Shown: piece by piece, positions 23,954 through 36,466 of the stretch
Layout: the number at the start of each line of letters is the position of its first letter
How positions within the stretch are numbered: the first letter of the stretch is position 1
From: Laetmonice hystrix
Taxonomy: Eukaryota
DNA: 64,000 nucleotides
Direction: 5' to 3'
Assembly: GCA_965235115.1 (NCBI GenBank)
Contig: OZ249436.1
Span: forward strand, 31,498,001-31,562,000
The notes under the pieces: generated by a model
Database searches by the model: none
Told to the model about the DNA's origin: nothing
Seen by the model: only the letters and a program-made list of their open reading frames with translations
Position numbers and translations under genes: made by a program

Positions 23954-25067
23954 AGCCCGCCGTACACTTTCCCGATTTTGCCCAACTCGAGTCGGTAACC
24001 ATGGTTCCCGACTGCTCCCGACAGCTCCCGACTGCAGTTGGAGCAAATCGTAGCCGATTCGAAAAACGAATCGGGAGCCGAGCGTGGTTCCCGATTACGG
24101 CCGACTAAGCTTAGCTTTTCCAACCTTGGGTTCTTCAAAACACGCTCGCGGTGGTAATAACAATGAATCAATTCAGATGGAAATTATTGCAAAGGAAACT
24201 AGAGATATGTGGCTTTTGTCCAGTATAAAATTTAATAAATAGATTTAAGGATTCTTTTTCATACGGCCATTCGAAAATCATCAAAAACGTATAAAAAACC
24301 TGAAAACGCGTGACTTCTCTACCTTCTAGGTCTTGCCATGCAAAATCTGTCGCGACGACCTATACAAAAAAGTACCCAGAATTTTTCCCCACATCGTAAG
24401 GTTTCCATAGATGTCTTTCTTTTAGCGAGACTCCTTTTAGTTATGAATACAGCGAGCTTTGTTTGGAAATTTAAAAGTTCCCAAAACTTTGATAATGACG
24501 TTAAATATCACAATAGACAGCCAGGCGCCAATCGAAGCTGTGTAGGATCAGGGGCCTATAATGATGTTTACACAGATATTATAATGCTATAATTTTCAGA
24601 GAATATCTACTGACCTTTGAAGTTTCTGTGTCTGTAGTATTTTAATGCATCTGTTGATAAAACGAGAGCTAGACAGCAAAATAGTGCAGTCTACGTTAGA
24701 TCTAAGCCTTCTCTTCACGGCTCTGCCGCACGTCCTCTTTATGACGCCACAGCTTTTTGTCAGTGAAATATTGTAATATTATGTATCAAAATACGTAGTT
24801 AACTAATTATGATGTCACAAGTGACAATGAAAGCTAAACAGGTCGATCAGTTAGTCTTCACACTATTATCACCTAGGCTAGAAAGATTATAATAACACTT
24901 TCTGGGGGTTCAAGTGGGGGTTGAACTGGATGACCTCTCAACTACGGTGCCGATCTATGGCCACCACACTGCATGGGTCGGGAGCAAATAATCGGGAGAG
25001 TGTACGGTGGTCAGTCGGGAGTCGGGAGTCGGGAGTTGGGCAAAGTCGTGACAGTGTACGGCGGGCT
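23954..25067. mobile_element. 1.1-kb PIF/Harbinger-like non-autonomous element, copy 1
   Basis: TIR AGCCCGCCGTACACT / AGTGTACGGCGGGCT, TTA TSD (23951-23953, 25068-25070), subterminal CTCCCGA repeats. Confidence 0.9.
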
Positions 25068-25211
25068 TTACACGATTTACGCTTTTCTCCGATGGAAACA
25101 GTCTCTAAACAGTTTCCGAATATTAGTCTATTCGGCCGACAGGCGCATGTGCAGGTCTAGATCTATAAGTTGGAGAGTCAGGCGCCTACATTTACACCAA
25201 TAGGCCCCCAA

Positions 25212-25426
25212 CAGGGGCGTATCCAGAAATTTGTTAAGGGGGGGGGGGGAGTAACAGATATTAAATAATGCAATCTCAGAACGTCTTATTTGGAAATATC
25301 AGGATTTCATTTAGTTAAAATAATGCACTTCTTACACTCCTGTTTTAGAAAAAATGTCCTTAATGTAGTAATTTTTTCAAGGTGGGGGGGTCCGGGATAC
25401 TGGAAACCCCCATGGATACGCCACTG
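25212..25426. mobile_element. hAT-like MITE with degenerate 5-bp TSD
   Basis: CAGGGGCGTATCCA / TGGATACGCCACTG; flanks CCCAA / CCTAA (1 mismatch). Confidence 0.7.
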
Positions 25427-27628
25427 CCTAAGTCTAACTTACTTACAATAAAGTCATTTCATTACAATACACTGTCTTAATCTGATGTATCGATAGGGGG
25501 CACGGACTGGCCACACTCAGGTCATCGTGGTCACAGTATTTTTACATAAGCTTGCGCCTAATGTAGGCTGCCTGTTGCTTTGTTTTATTATCCCCCGGCC
25601 CCGCAGATGTAGGCCTACACGTTTTGTATAGTATAGAGTGGATATATTATCGATCTGCTATTTCTCAATGCTACATTGAATGTAACCCTGTCACTGTCGA
25701 TCTGACCCGAGTAAAGTGGCCTTCCTCAGGCATCAGTCCGACTTTGAAATGGCGTCTGGGCGTCTTTCAGTTTTGGGTCATTCCGTCTGCGACGTGCTGG
25801 GATCTAACGTGAGTAGTATATGGAATTGTTACACATGCCACAGCTTAAAGGAATGCTTTTCTCGAGCTAAATCATATTTAGAATTGAAGAAGGCATAATT
25901 CTACAACCCATGTTATTTTTTTAACATCAAACAGTTTATATTATATTGTCAAAAAGAACTTTAATGCAGATTCATAGTCGCCGCCATTGGCGCACCGCGC
26001 GCCCTCTTGCGGCAATAATAGCAATTACTTGGCTACATCTTTGACTACGTCACGAAGGGACTCACTCAGCCCTGGATATTATGCCTCGGCCCTCGTTAAA
26101 CAAGTGTTGACAAGTAGGCGGTCTGCTCATGTAGCGACCTGATAGTTTAAATAGGGACCTGTTAAATAAGTTTCGGCAATGATATCTAGTTCTATAGTGT
26201 ATTTATTTTAATAGTGGCCCAAAAAAGTGAGAGGGGTTCGTCAGAACCCTCGGGACCCCCGCCCCCTCCCCCGGCTACATCCATCATCCATGGCATAGAC
26301 ATAGCCATACCCATAGCATTAGCCTAAGGAAGTAGGTCGAAAATATGCCCTAGCCGGTTTCCAAAATAATATAAGCTATGGAGGTAGGCCCTACACAAAT
26401 TTCTGAGGGGGGGGGGCAGCAGTAGCAGTAGGCTACTAGTAGTAGGCCCTGCCTAAGGCTAAGCCCCCCCCCCCCCCCCGGCTGACTCCAGCCAGTCCAG
26501 GCTGAGGGTTATCATTTTGCAGTGTGTCTATGTCAGACTACGGCGCACCTAGCTAGGTCAAGCCCCCCCCCCTTGCAAAATTATTTTTTTATGCACAATC
26601 CTGGATCACCCCCCCCCCCCCCCAATGGCCTTAGTATGGGTGTCTGTCCTCGGCTCACTCAGTGCCTGAGCCCGGCGTGCAGCTTGGCGACGGAGTTGGC
26701 GGGGGCGACTTGCTACAGTAGGCCTGCTACAGGCCGGTCACGCCCACGGGTTGTCTTGGAAAACCGGTCTTTGGTAAATACTCCCCCACCCCTCAGAATT
26801 TTCAAAGTGTAAATTGGTGGTATATTGGGCCGTTTGCCCCCTCCTTCAGCCAATTTACTAATCACTGCCACTGCACTGGTGACTGGACAGTAGAAATACT
26901 AGAATGAGATTAGATCTACGGGGCCTAGACTAGTCACTAGACTGCACTCTCGACTCTAGTCACAGCAGAAACGGAGTCTAGGCCTAATCAGTTAGGTAGA
27001 AGTTTAAGACTGACAAGTTTAGTTAGTCACAGAAAAAAATCGAGACATTCACACTATGCGGGTGGATCGCTGTTGCAGGAACAAATCCACTTTACTTTAG
27101 CTTAGCCTTAGGCTTAGCTTAGCCTTAGGCCTACCTCGACGCATGTATTGTTGTGCACCCACCTCTTCAGAATTATAACGTTACAGCCTACAGGTTTTAT
27201 TTTAGAGGGGAAAGCATGAAAGCTCCTTTGTTGATCCAAATTCTTAATCCAGTTTCGGTTGTTACAACCCCACTGCCGCACAAAGTCCTGGAATACTCCT
27301 TGTTGTGGGCCAAACTCGCGGTAAGTTTAGCTAGTCTACGCCTTCATTCTACGCTGTAGGCCTAGGCCTACCAAAGTTGTTGTCCCTTCGTGACGTCACG
27401 ACCAGCATTTTGCCAGGTGGCAGCTATAGTTCTGTAGATTTCCGCAAGGCGTCAGCATGTGTCCTTTTTGCAAGATGGCGAAAAGACTATCAACTACTAA
27501 GTCCCGTTTTTGATTAATAATCATTAATTACAAGGGCAGCCTAAAAATATGAATATGGTATAGACGGGCTCTAGTACTATCAAGTTAACATCTGATAACT
27601 CAATAAGCAGGAGAAGAGTGTTCCTTTA

Positions 27629-28743
27629 AGCCCGCCGTACACTTTCCCGATTTTGCCCAACTCGAGTCGGTAACCATGGTTCCCGACTGCTCCCGACAGC
27701 TCCCGACTGCAGTTGGAGCAAATCGTAGCCGATTCGAAAAACGAATCGGGAGCCAAGCGTGGTTCCCGATTACGGCCGACTAAGCTTAGCTTTTCCAACC
27801 TTGGGTTCTTCAAAACACGCTCGCGGTGGTAATAACAATGAATCAATTCAGATGGAAATTATTGCAAAGGAAACTAGAGATATGTGGCTTTTGTCCAGTA
27901 TAAAATTTAATAAATAGGTTTAAGGATTCTTTTTCATACGGCCATTCGAAAATCATCAAAAAAGTATAAAAAACCTGAAAACGTGTGACTTCTCTACCTT
28001 CTAGGTCTTGCCATGCAAAATCTGTCGCGACGACCTATACAAAAAAGTACCCAGAATTTTTCCCCACATCGTAAGGTTTCCATAGATGTCTTTCTTTAAG
28101 CGAGACTCCTTTTAGTTATGAATACAGCGAGCTTTGTTTGGAAATTTAAAAGTTCCCAAAACTTTGATAATGACGTTAAATATCACAATAGACAGCCAGG
28201 CTCCAATCGAAGCTGTGTTGGATCAGGGGCCTACAGTGATATTTTCAGAGGTATTATAATGCTATAATTTTCTGTGAATATTTACTGACCTTCGAAGTCT
28301 CTGCTTCTGTAGTATTTTAATCCATTCTTTTATAAGACGAGAGCTAGACAGCAAAATAGTGCAGTCTACGTTAGATCTAAGCCTTCTCTTCACGGCTCTG
28401 CCGCACGTCCTCTTTATGACGCCACAGCTTTGTGTCAGTGAAATATTGTAATATTATGTATCAAAATACGTAGTTAACTAATTATGATGTCACAAGTGAC
28501 AATGAAAGCTAAACAGGTCGATCTGTTAGTCTTCACACTATTATCACCTAGGCTAGAAAGATTATAATAACACTTTCTGGGCGTTCAAGTGGGGGTTGAA
28601 CTGGAGGAGCTCCCAACTACGGTGCCGATCTATGGCCGTCCACACTGCATGGGTCGGGAGCAGATAATCGGGAGAGTGTACGGTGGTCAGTCGGGAGTCG
28701 GGAGTCGGGAGTTGGGCAAAGTCGTGACAGTGTACGGCGGGCT
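27629..28743. mobile_element. 1.1-kb PIF/Harbinger-like non-autonomous element, copy 2
   Basis: Same TIRs and TTA TSD (27626-27628, 28744-28746); same orientation and mostly near-identical to 23954-25067. Confidence 0.9.
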
Positions 28744-29939
28744 TTAAAGCCCTGTGGGGTTCTACATGTATACATAATGAAAACTCTACAAGATCAGCCT
28801 ACGGTTACTATTAACGACGACCAGGAGCTCATGCCTGGTCTTTCATTTGCCACCATTTATTTTGTCATAGCATGAAGTAGAAACGTCTAAGTAGGCTATG
28901 CAAACTTTTGGCACCTTTTCAAGTGGCTAGATTTTGGAAACCGTGTGAGGCAGATCTATATTGACTATTAAACCGGACTCCCTGCCCCAGGTCCCCCTCA
29001 CTCCCTACCCCAGGCTCTCTGAACTCCCCACCCCAGCCCCCACGGATTCCCACAGTGATTGTGACAATGAGGGAATCCCTATTGAACTCTAAATAATTTA
29101 TGAAGATCCCCATTAGAAAACAACCCTTTACATAGGCCTATAGTTAACAATTCAAGAACATCTGTTACCAAAAAAATCCTTTTTACCTATATTATTACAT
29201 TGATTACTGTCTGTAAATGAAGCAATTAACGGTCTTCATTGCTGCTAATTTCGTTCACATTCAGGAGGAACCCTTAATCCTTAATATTTCTAAGCGATGA
29301 GCAAAGGGAATTTTTGTCACCAATGTTTGGGAGACATCCACACTGCGCAGAATCGTACTCTATGGACTACGACTCGCCCGTCTAGGAATTGTGGAAAACC
29401 AAATCGTTTCCCCACAATGCAGTGGTGATAATGCCTGGACCAATGGCCTGGACCTACATACACCGGTCAAAAAATAGTCCAGCAAAATAGTTTGCATATG
29501 AATTGTTTAAAGTTAAAAGCAGTTGAATCTTTTAAGGAAAATGAAGTTAAATTGAAATTGAAACAACATCTAATAATGTAATATTATGTTTGATTTAAAT
29601 TATTGTGCGAGTAGCAGTTCTTGCACATGCCCATGTTGACAGATCGTCAATAGTCTCAGCCTATCCCGAAATCCTGAACCAGAAGAGGTTTCAGCAAAAA
29701 ACAACCTCAGTACAGTGACCTCATTGTGATATCACAATAAACAACCCTGCCCTAATGACGCAGCAAAGCATTCTCCCCCAGGGTTCAGCGCGCCGGGGAA
29801 GATGGCGCTTGTTAAATCAGCGCGCGGTGAACCCTGGGAGAGATTGGTAGCACAGGTGAAACCACGAACAGTACAGCTCAGGTGACCCCATATTGTGATG
29901 TCACCATTATGAACACAATGGACAAATGGCTGACATGAT

Positions 29940-30270
29940 TACAATGGATATTGACATCTTCTAAGGCTTATAATTTCATAAACCATGCAAGATAAAGCCA
30001 CGAATAGGAAGTCATACATGCTCTTTCAACTGACACCAAAATTTATGACGTAGCGTGAAGTATGACGTTATAATGACATCATTGGAATCTTCTAAGGCTT
30101 ATAAGTCATCAGATAGGGCTATAGTTACTATTGACCACGAATAGGTTTGAATATTGTCTTTCATTTAGCACCATTCATTGTGAGGTAGCATGACGTTACT
30201 GGCACACACGTCATGTACACGTAGGTCTATGGGATATGGGATCCGGTGTTGCCCAGCAACACCTTCTATT
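29940..30270 (+). mobile_element. Possible 3' end of a Helentron/HINE-like non-autonomous element
   Basis: Diverged internal repeat of about 131 bp (TCTTCTAAGGCTTATAA at about 29957 and 30088), terminal hairpin GTGTTGC-CCA-GCAACAC (30246-30262) then CTTCTATT. Confidence 0.4.
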
Positions 30271-30275
30271 GCCTC

Positions 30276-30276
30276 G

Positions 30277-30329
<53 letters not shown>
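30276..30329. repeat. (GTT)18 microsatellite
   Basis: Perfect trinucleotide run. Confidence 0.98.
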
Positions 30330-33300
30330 AGACTAGTCTTTTACAACAAACTTGAATTAACGCAATATTCTTAATTTCAAAAAAACTGAAATGAAGCCTC
30401 GTTATAATCAGTAGATCAACCATCACGCTCTTTCCCCTTCAATTGATTTGAGTGGACTTGATAATGCCAAATAGCAAAAGGTTTTGTAATCATATTTGAC
30501 TGCTGACCCTGCAAACTTCTTCTTCGCCCGACAGGCCTATTTGCCAGTGTAAGGTCGTCGTGAACCTGCACGGAAGTCATTATGATGCCCAAGACGGTGG
30601 GCGCCCACGTGCCAAGTATAGTCGTTACAAACCGTAACGGCAGCTGGTTGACCTTCTCTGCACTGGATTTCTTTGCCTATCACGTGACTACAGAGCCAAA
30701 AATAGAATGAAGACAATTGCAGTTGACGCTGCCGTAACTGATTACGTGACCTACTTTCCTCTAAACCGTATGTTCACTTTGACCTGAGCTTTCCTTCCAG
30801 ATCCTGACACAAATGATTTTTCAAAAGGTCGGTCTAATATTTCTTTTCCTAGGTCCTTTCAACGACCTTGGTCGCGGAAAATATGGGTCTATTGATAGAT
30901 CTGATAGAGTATGAGGCTGGAGGGAAGCGCTTTCTCATTCGTCCATTAATTGGCAGGTGTTTTACTTCACACATTCATGGTTGAGATATTATTAATAGAA
31001 ATGATAAAAACTAGCAAAAGGATAATTGCGGAACAACTCTGAACTTTAACAGGACGAGCAGCTGTGGTGGCCGAACCATGGACGGCAGAATGTAGGCCTC
31101 TAGACTAGACCTTGAATGAGATATGCTGCCTTAAGACGGACCTTTCGAAAAATAGTTTAAATTATGTAGGCTTATGAACATGCCTAATAATTATAGCCTA
31201 CGTCTCTTCTTACAAATCTCCGCACATCCTTTGGGCAAGAGGACATAATTTTATTCAGTGCTGAATTCCGATGTCTCCTCTATGTTGTTACAGTGCTGCT
31301 AATAGCCACTGATTCAGTGATTGTATAAAATGTCGAATCCCCGCCAGCAATCTGCTCTATAAGGACACCGGGCGTCCACCTTTCCTAGCACTCTTGGGAC
31401 TCCCCTGTGGTCCAGAGGACAACTTAACCCCGACGGCGTTCTTGTGTACTCGAATCAGTGCATGTGTGAATGTAAGTAGTACAGTGCAATGGCCGGTGGA
31501 AGCAGGTCCTTGTGGATTGTCGATGGAGGTGCCAGCCTAAGTAGTTTATGGAAATGGCCGATAAGTTCAGGCCACTCTCGATCGCCATAATAGCCATTAT
31601 GTGGCCAGATACTGTAACGGGCCCTACTGAAGACGACGGAATACTAAACACTGATGGCCGTGCATATTTCCCACATCAGAAGCGAACACAACCCATGTTT
31701 TAATACAACAGATTCAATTTTCTAATTTGGGCTCCAGAGAAAGAAGGACTTTAGAGCGCAGAAGCTAGGCCTATACGTCCTGTCGTATGTTGCCGCCTCG
31801 CCCCGTCGAAAGATGCGAGAGAGAATTGGGAGCTACATCGTGGCAGAGTAGATGGATTGCGACCCTACACGTAACAAGAAATTTAGAACGTATATCATGT
31901 TAGTGTCCATTAGTCGGTCGGCGCTGTAAAAACACACCTCATCCATCATGCAATATCCCAATCTCATTTAGACTTGGATTAAGTCATGCCATGACTACGC
32001 ATGACTTGATCTATTTCTTTATATATAATTCATATAAAGCACACAGACAGCGTTGCACAGAATAGCCCTGTAAAAATAGTCTATGGAGCAGAAGCCAGGC
32101 ACAGTTACCTGGGGCTGGCGTGTAGTCATTACAGACAACGTCGCAAATAATAAGCTTAGCTTTTTGGTTTGAAACCAAAGAAAGAAAATGCGGTATAACA
32201 GTAACATTTCCCCGAAAAATATCCATCGGCTACTGTAACACAGTATGTATAGATTTTATCCATGTGTATCCTTATTTTATAACACAGCGTACACTAATAG
32301 AGTCATGTGCATCAAGATGGTCGACCTTCAGCGGCCCCAGTGATGGGCTGTGGAATGTGGACCCCAATATTGTTGTGAATCTGGCCATGCTGTCTATCTG
32401 ATGAAGAGATGCAGACTGGACGAGGCCGGGGCATCACCCAGGTAACGGTGAAAGGGTGGAACAGAATAAAATCTCCACCAGGCACGTCCTCTGGTCCCAG
32501 ACCAATCTTAGCGTCACCATCCCTGATTAAGTCGACCTTGTCCTGTTTATAGAGTGCATGCGTTAACCCGGCAACTCGCTGCAACTTTACGCGGCCTTAG
32601 GGAAAGGTTGCGCATATTGGATGGTGCCCCCAAGAACGGGACGGTGATTATGGGGGTGAGGGGTGAGGGATGGATTGGGGGTGGGGGTGGAGTCTGGTCC
32701 GGTGTGCTGGGTGCCGTGTAATATCACACGGGATAATGAGCTCTGCCCGCTGCATGCATGCACACTTGTTACACGTCGGCAGTGGGGGAGGGGAGGTGAA
32801 GAGTTAACATGTGGCGTTCTCTACTAACCTGCGGTCCACTTGTCGAACAGGCCGATAGACATGGCGTCTGAGGTTATGAGTGGGTGAGTGAGCACACCGC
32901 TCTCCCGCCCGCCCGCAGGTCGTAAGCCGTACTTTGTGTAGTCGTCAGTGCACCGTCAGTCGGCTGGTCTCTCACTTCATCAGCGGCCTACATACATCAC
33001 CTGTTATTTTACATCCTCCGGCGGTGCCTGGCACTCCGCTCTGGCAATCGCCCTGTTGATCGCCGCCACCGTCGTCGCATCAGTCGGTGCTGTTACTTTC
33101 TACAATGAACGTTACTGTATCGGCCCCATAGGCCTACCTGCACGGAGTTCAGCAGTGTTGTAACATCGCCATGCGGCCACACGACAGCAACCAGTCATGC
33201 ATCCTCCTCCACGGCCCGCCGTAATAATTTGAAACCTTAATTCATTATGCATCAAGATCTCAGTGCAGTCTGTCTGACCGACGTGGATGGTGGCGTGTCT

Positions 33301-35167
33301 TGGTTGCCGCCTCAGGTAGCCCCGTCCTTCCTCCTACACCACTGCCTTCATTCTGAAAGCACGTCGCAGGGAATGAAAAGGTGTTCGCTGGGAATGAGAT
33401 CAACATGCATGCCTCTTGCAAGAACAGATTTTTTTACAGTTTATCCATGCACTAGTGACACCTAACAATCACACGCATGCACGCATGTCATCATTCACGA
33501 CAATGCCGTCCCTGTCTGGATGATCAGCTAGCATCCTCCTGTGGTAAGCCAAATAGAGCGGGAAGTAAGCCGTAGGCCTATAATGCCCCCACCTTGATAC
33601 CCCTTGTCCGATGGTGTTGTCCGGCTAGGGACTGGACACTTAAAGATCTGTGGCTGGCTCACCAGGGAGTTCACCTGGTGACTGTCAGATTTGTTGCTGA
33701 CCAAGGAGAGATGGTCGTGCCGTCGGTTTGTGCGCCGAGGCACTTGACGGGTGACGGTGACGTGTGACGCGTACGGCCGACCTTCCCGCAGAGTACGCCG
33801 TGCCGGGCCTGCGGGAGGCCGCAGCGGACAGGCTGGAGAGTGAGGCTGGTTGGGGGACGACCGACCGACAGGCCGGCCTGGTGAGCTGGAGACGGAAGGC
33901 GAGCTGCATGCACAGCTCTCAGGGTGCTTGCATTGGGCAAGCAGGCAGCGGGTCCATGCAGCACACGTATCCCGTCATGATTTTTTTAAACCGATGGGCA
34001 GTGGAGGAACAGGATCGGCCGGAAATCGATGCTCAAACGACCGGATGTCTACAGACGATTGGTCGTAAGTCTCAGAGTCCATCGCTGATGTCTCCTTATC
34101 AGCTCTGCGTGGGTCTTTCTCTCTTTCATGGTTGGCCGGAGTGTGGATCGCACATGGGTCAAGGCCTTGTGAAACCATGGAAATGGCAATTGTTGCAATC
34201 AAATAGGCCGACACTATAACCCCTGACGGTTTGACCATATCACTGGCATGTATTAAGCTCATTCAGCCTACAAAGGGTTAATCTTTTTTATACTGTTGGC
34301 CAAGATAATGCTATATCGAACCAACAAATCTAAGCCGTGAACAAATACACATGTAATTAATTAATTTTAACAGCTGATGAAACTATAGACATAGTCCTCA
34401 TCCAAAACCATGCTGGGAACAATAATCTTATGGTTTCCTTCAAGAGTTTTGTGATTAGGCCCACATTGCTTGACCTTTATTCAACCTTCGAAGGTTACAT
34501 CACAACAGAAGCCAGCTCTTGCATTTTCAAACCATTGGTTCACCCTAAGACCTCCAGTTTGCTTCGTTCGCTTAAATGTGTTGATGCCACCTGACCAACG
34601 AGACTAGACAGAACTAGTCTAGTCTCGTTGCGCAGACCAACTAAACGATGTGTGACCTTAACCAAAGAGGGCTTTGCCTTAACTGACATCGCCACTTGTC
34701 TTCTATCCGTTAGACTTTGAAAACGAGGACTTGATGAGGACTGGGGAAAGATTACAATGGTAGTGCTCCCACTGATGATGCTTCGTATAGGCTGTCGTTT
34801 TGGCCAAACAAAGATACCCGTGTTTATCAGTCGACCCACTGTCTAGACATTTTGATCTACAAAGGCTTTTGATCTCTAACAGATGTCCAGATATTTTGCA
34901 ACTTGACGGCCAACATCAAAGTCATCCACATGTTGGGACACACGACTCAGTCTTATCTCCGTCCTGTACTGCCCACTCTCACGAGACAAACTCAAAGCCG
35001 AACTGCGCAAGTTCAAATATGAACCAGGCGGTTTAACAATCAACAACAGGAAGGAATCTGCAAGTAATTTGATAGATGTTTTAGAAAGAGCCAAACTAAA
35101 ATTTCTACTTCCGAACGGCATAATGACCCAAGTTGGCTATTACAAATCTCTCCCTTCCACCCTTTAA

Positions 35168-36056
35168 AGGAGAAGTCCAGTCAAAAATCACATTTGGACA
35201 GCTGCAAGGCCTCTATAATTATATACTCACCTTTCAGAGTAGTGGTTGGAAATAAATGTCCCCCCATTCCAAGAAGTCATATGTCGAACATGACAACCGT
35301 GTCAAAATCACTGGCTTCAGCGGCGCAGCCATTTTGTGCCCATCTTTGCATCTATTGAGCATGCGCTGAATTGATCAGTTGAGGACGGGGTTGTCGGGGC
35401 TAGACTAGGCTAAAGGCGGTCGAGGCGGGTGGGCGAATCGATGGGGGTCAGTCCCACAGTCACAGTCACAGTCACAACTAAACGCCACAGGTCTGTGCTG
35501 ACACTGCCCGGATCTCAGTGCCCGGTTGTAGTCAGAGTGGGGGCCTAGCGGCAGCAGGGCTGAGCTCCTTCAACATCACACCTCCGAGCGGGACGAATTG
35601 AAAGCAGGCGGCCGAAACCCACGGCTGCCCAGATCCGTGTCCACCCTGATATATCTATACACCCTGATATCGGTAGGCTTAATTCCTAGCCATTCCTCAT
35701 CACTATCGATGGTTTCCGTCTATGTTCTAAGAAATATAGCTTGTAAGCTGTCAACGTTCGCTACCTTCCGAATCGTTCAACGCAACATGTGCGCCAGTTT
35801 TTAGTTCCTCCCAAACTGGAGAGTAGTCGTGCTGTGATTGGCCAGGCCTAGGTCGAGCATGCGCAATTTGGGTTTAGCCCAACGAACAGACGCTATGGCG
35901 GTCTCCACCAGTTCAGCAGGCTCTCAGCAGGCTCCGGCACTAAAGTGCTTATATCTTAACTATTTGAGCACCAATTGTGTTCAAATCTTTTTTAACTTGC
36001 TTAGAGGTTCACGGCCTGTGTGTCTAGCCTGTACACATTGGCGGTGATCGCTTCTT
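35168..36056. mobile_element. Possible Kolobok-like non-autonomous element
   Basis: TTAA on both sides (35164-35167, 36057-36060) with AGGAGAAG.. / ..GCTTCTT ends; TIR match is weak. Confidence 0.35.
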
Positions 36057-36466
36057 TTAAGAAAAGGTAACAATATTGTTCATAAACCACTATCTCATCG
36101 GAATGACGAGGATTTCGGGGTTTAAAACTCTTAAACAGATTACATGTATTTTGTTAAAATGAAGTGGTTATCTTGAAGGGTTTTCTAATATGAATCTTCG
36201 AAAAGGGCCCTGACATTGATTGACCTCACATGGTCACTCACCTCCGAGTTCACGAGTGGTGTTCACGGGTCGTAATACCCTTCGGTAGAAATTTACGAGT
36301 TGATACTCGTATATACGACTCGTGACCTCGTTACCGAACGCAGCATTAGAATGTCCCTGATCATGATGTAATGTTTCATGTCAGATTATGTCGTTATCTT
36401 CAACGGGTTTGGAGATATAGGCCACTGAAAATATGCATGACCTTGATTAACTCAAGGTCAAGGGAC

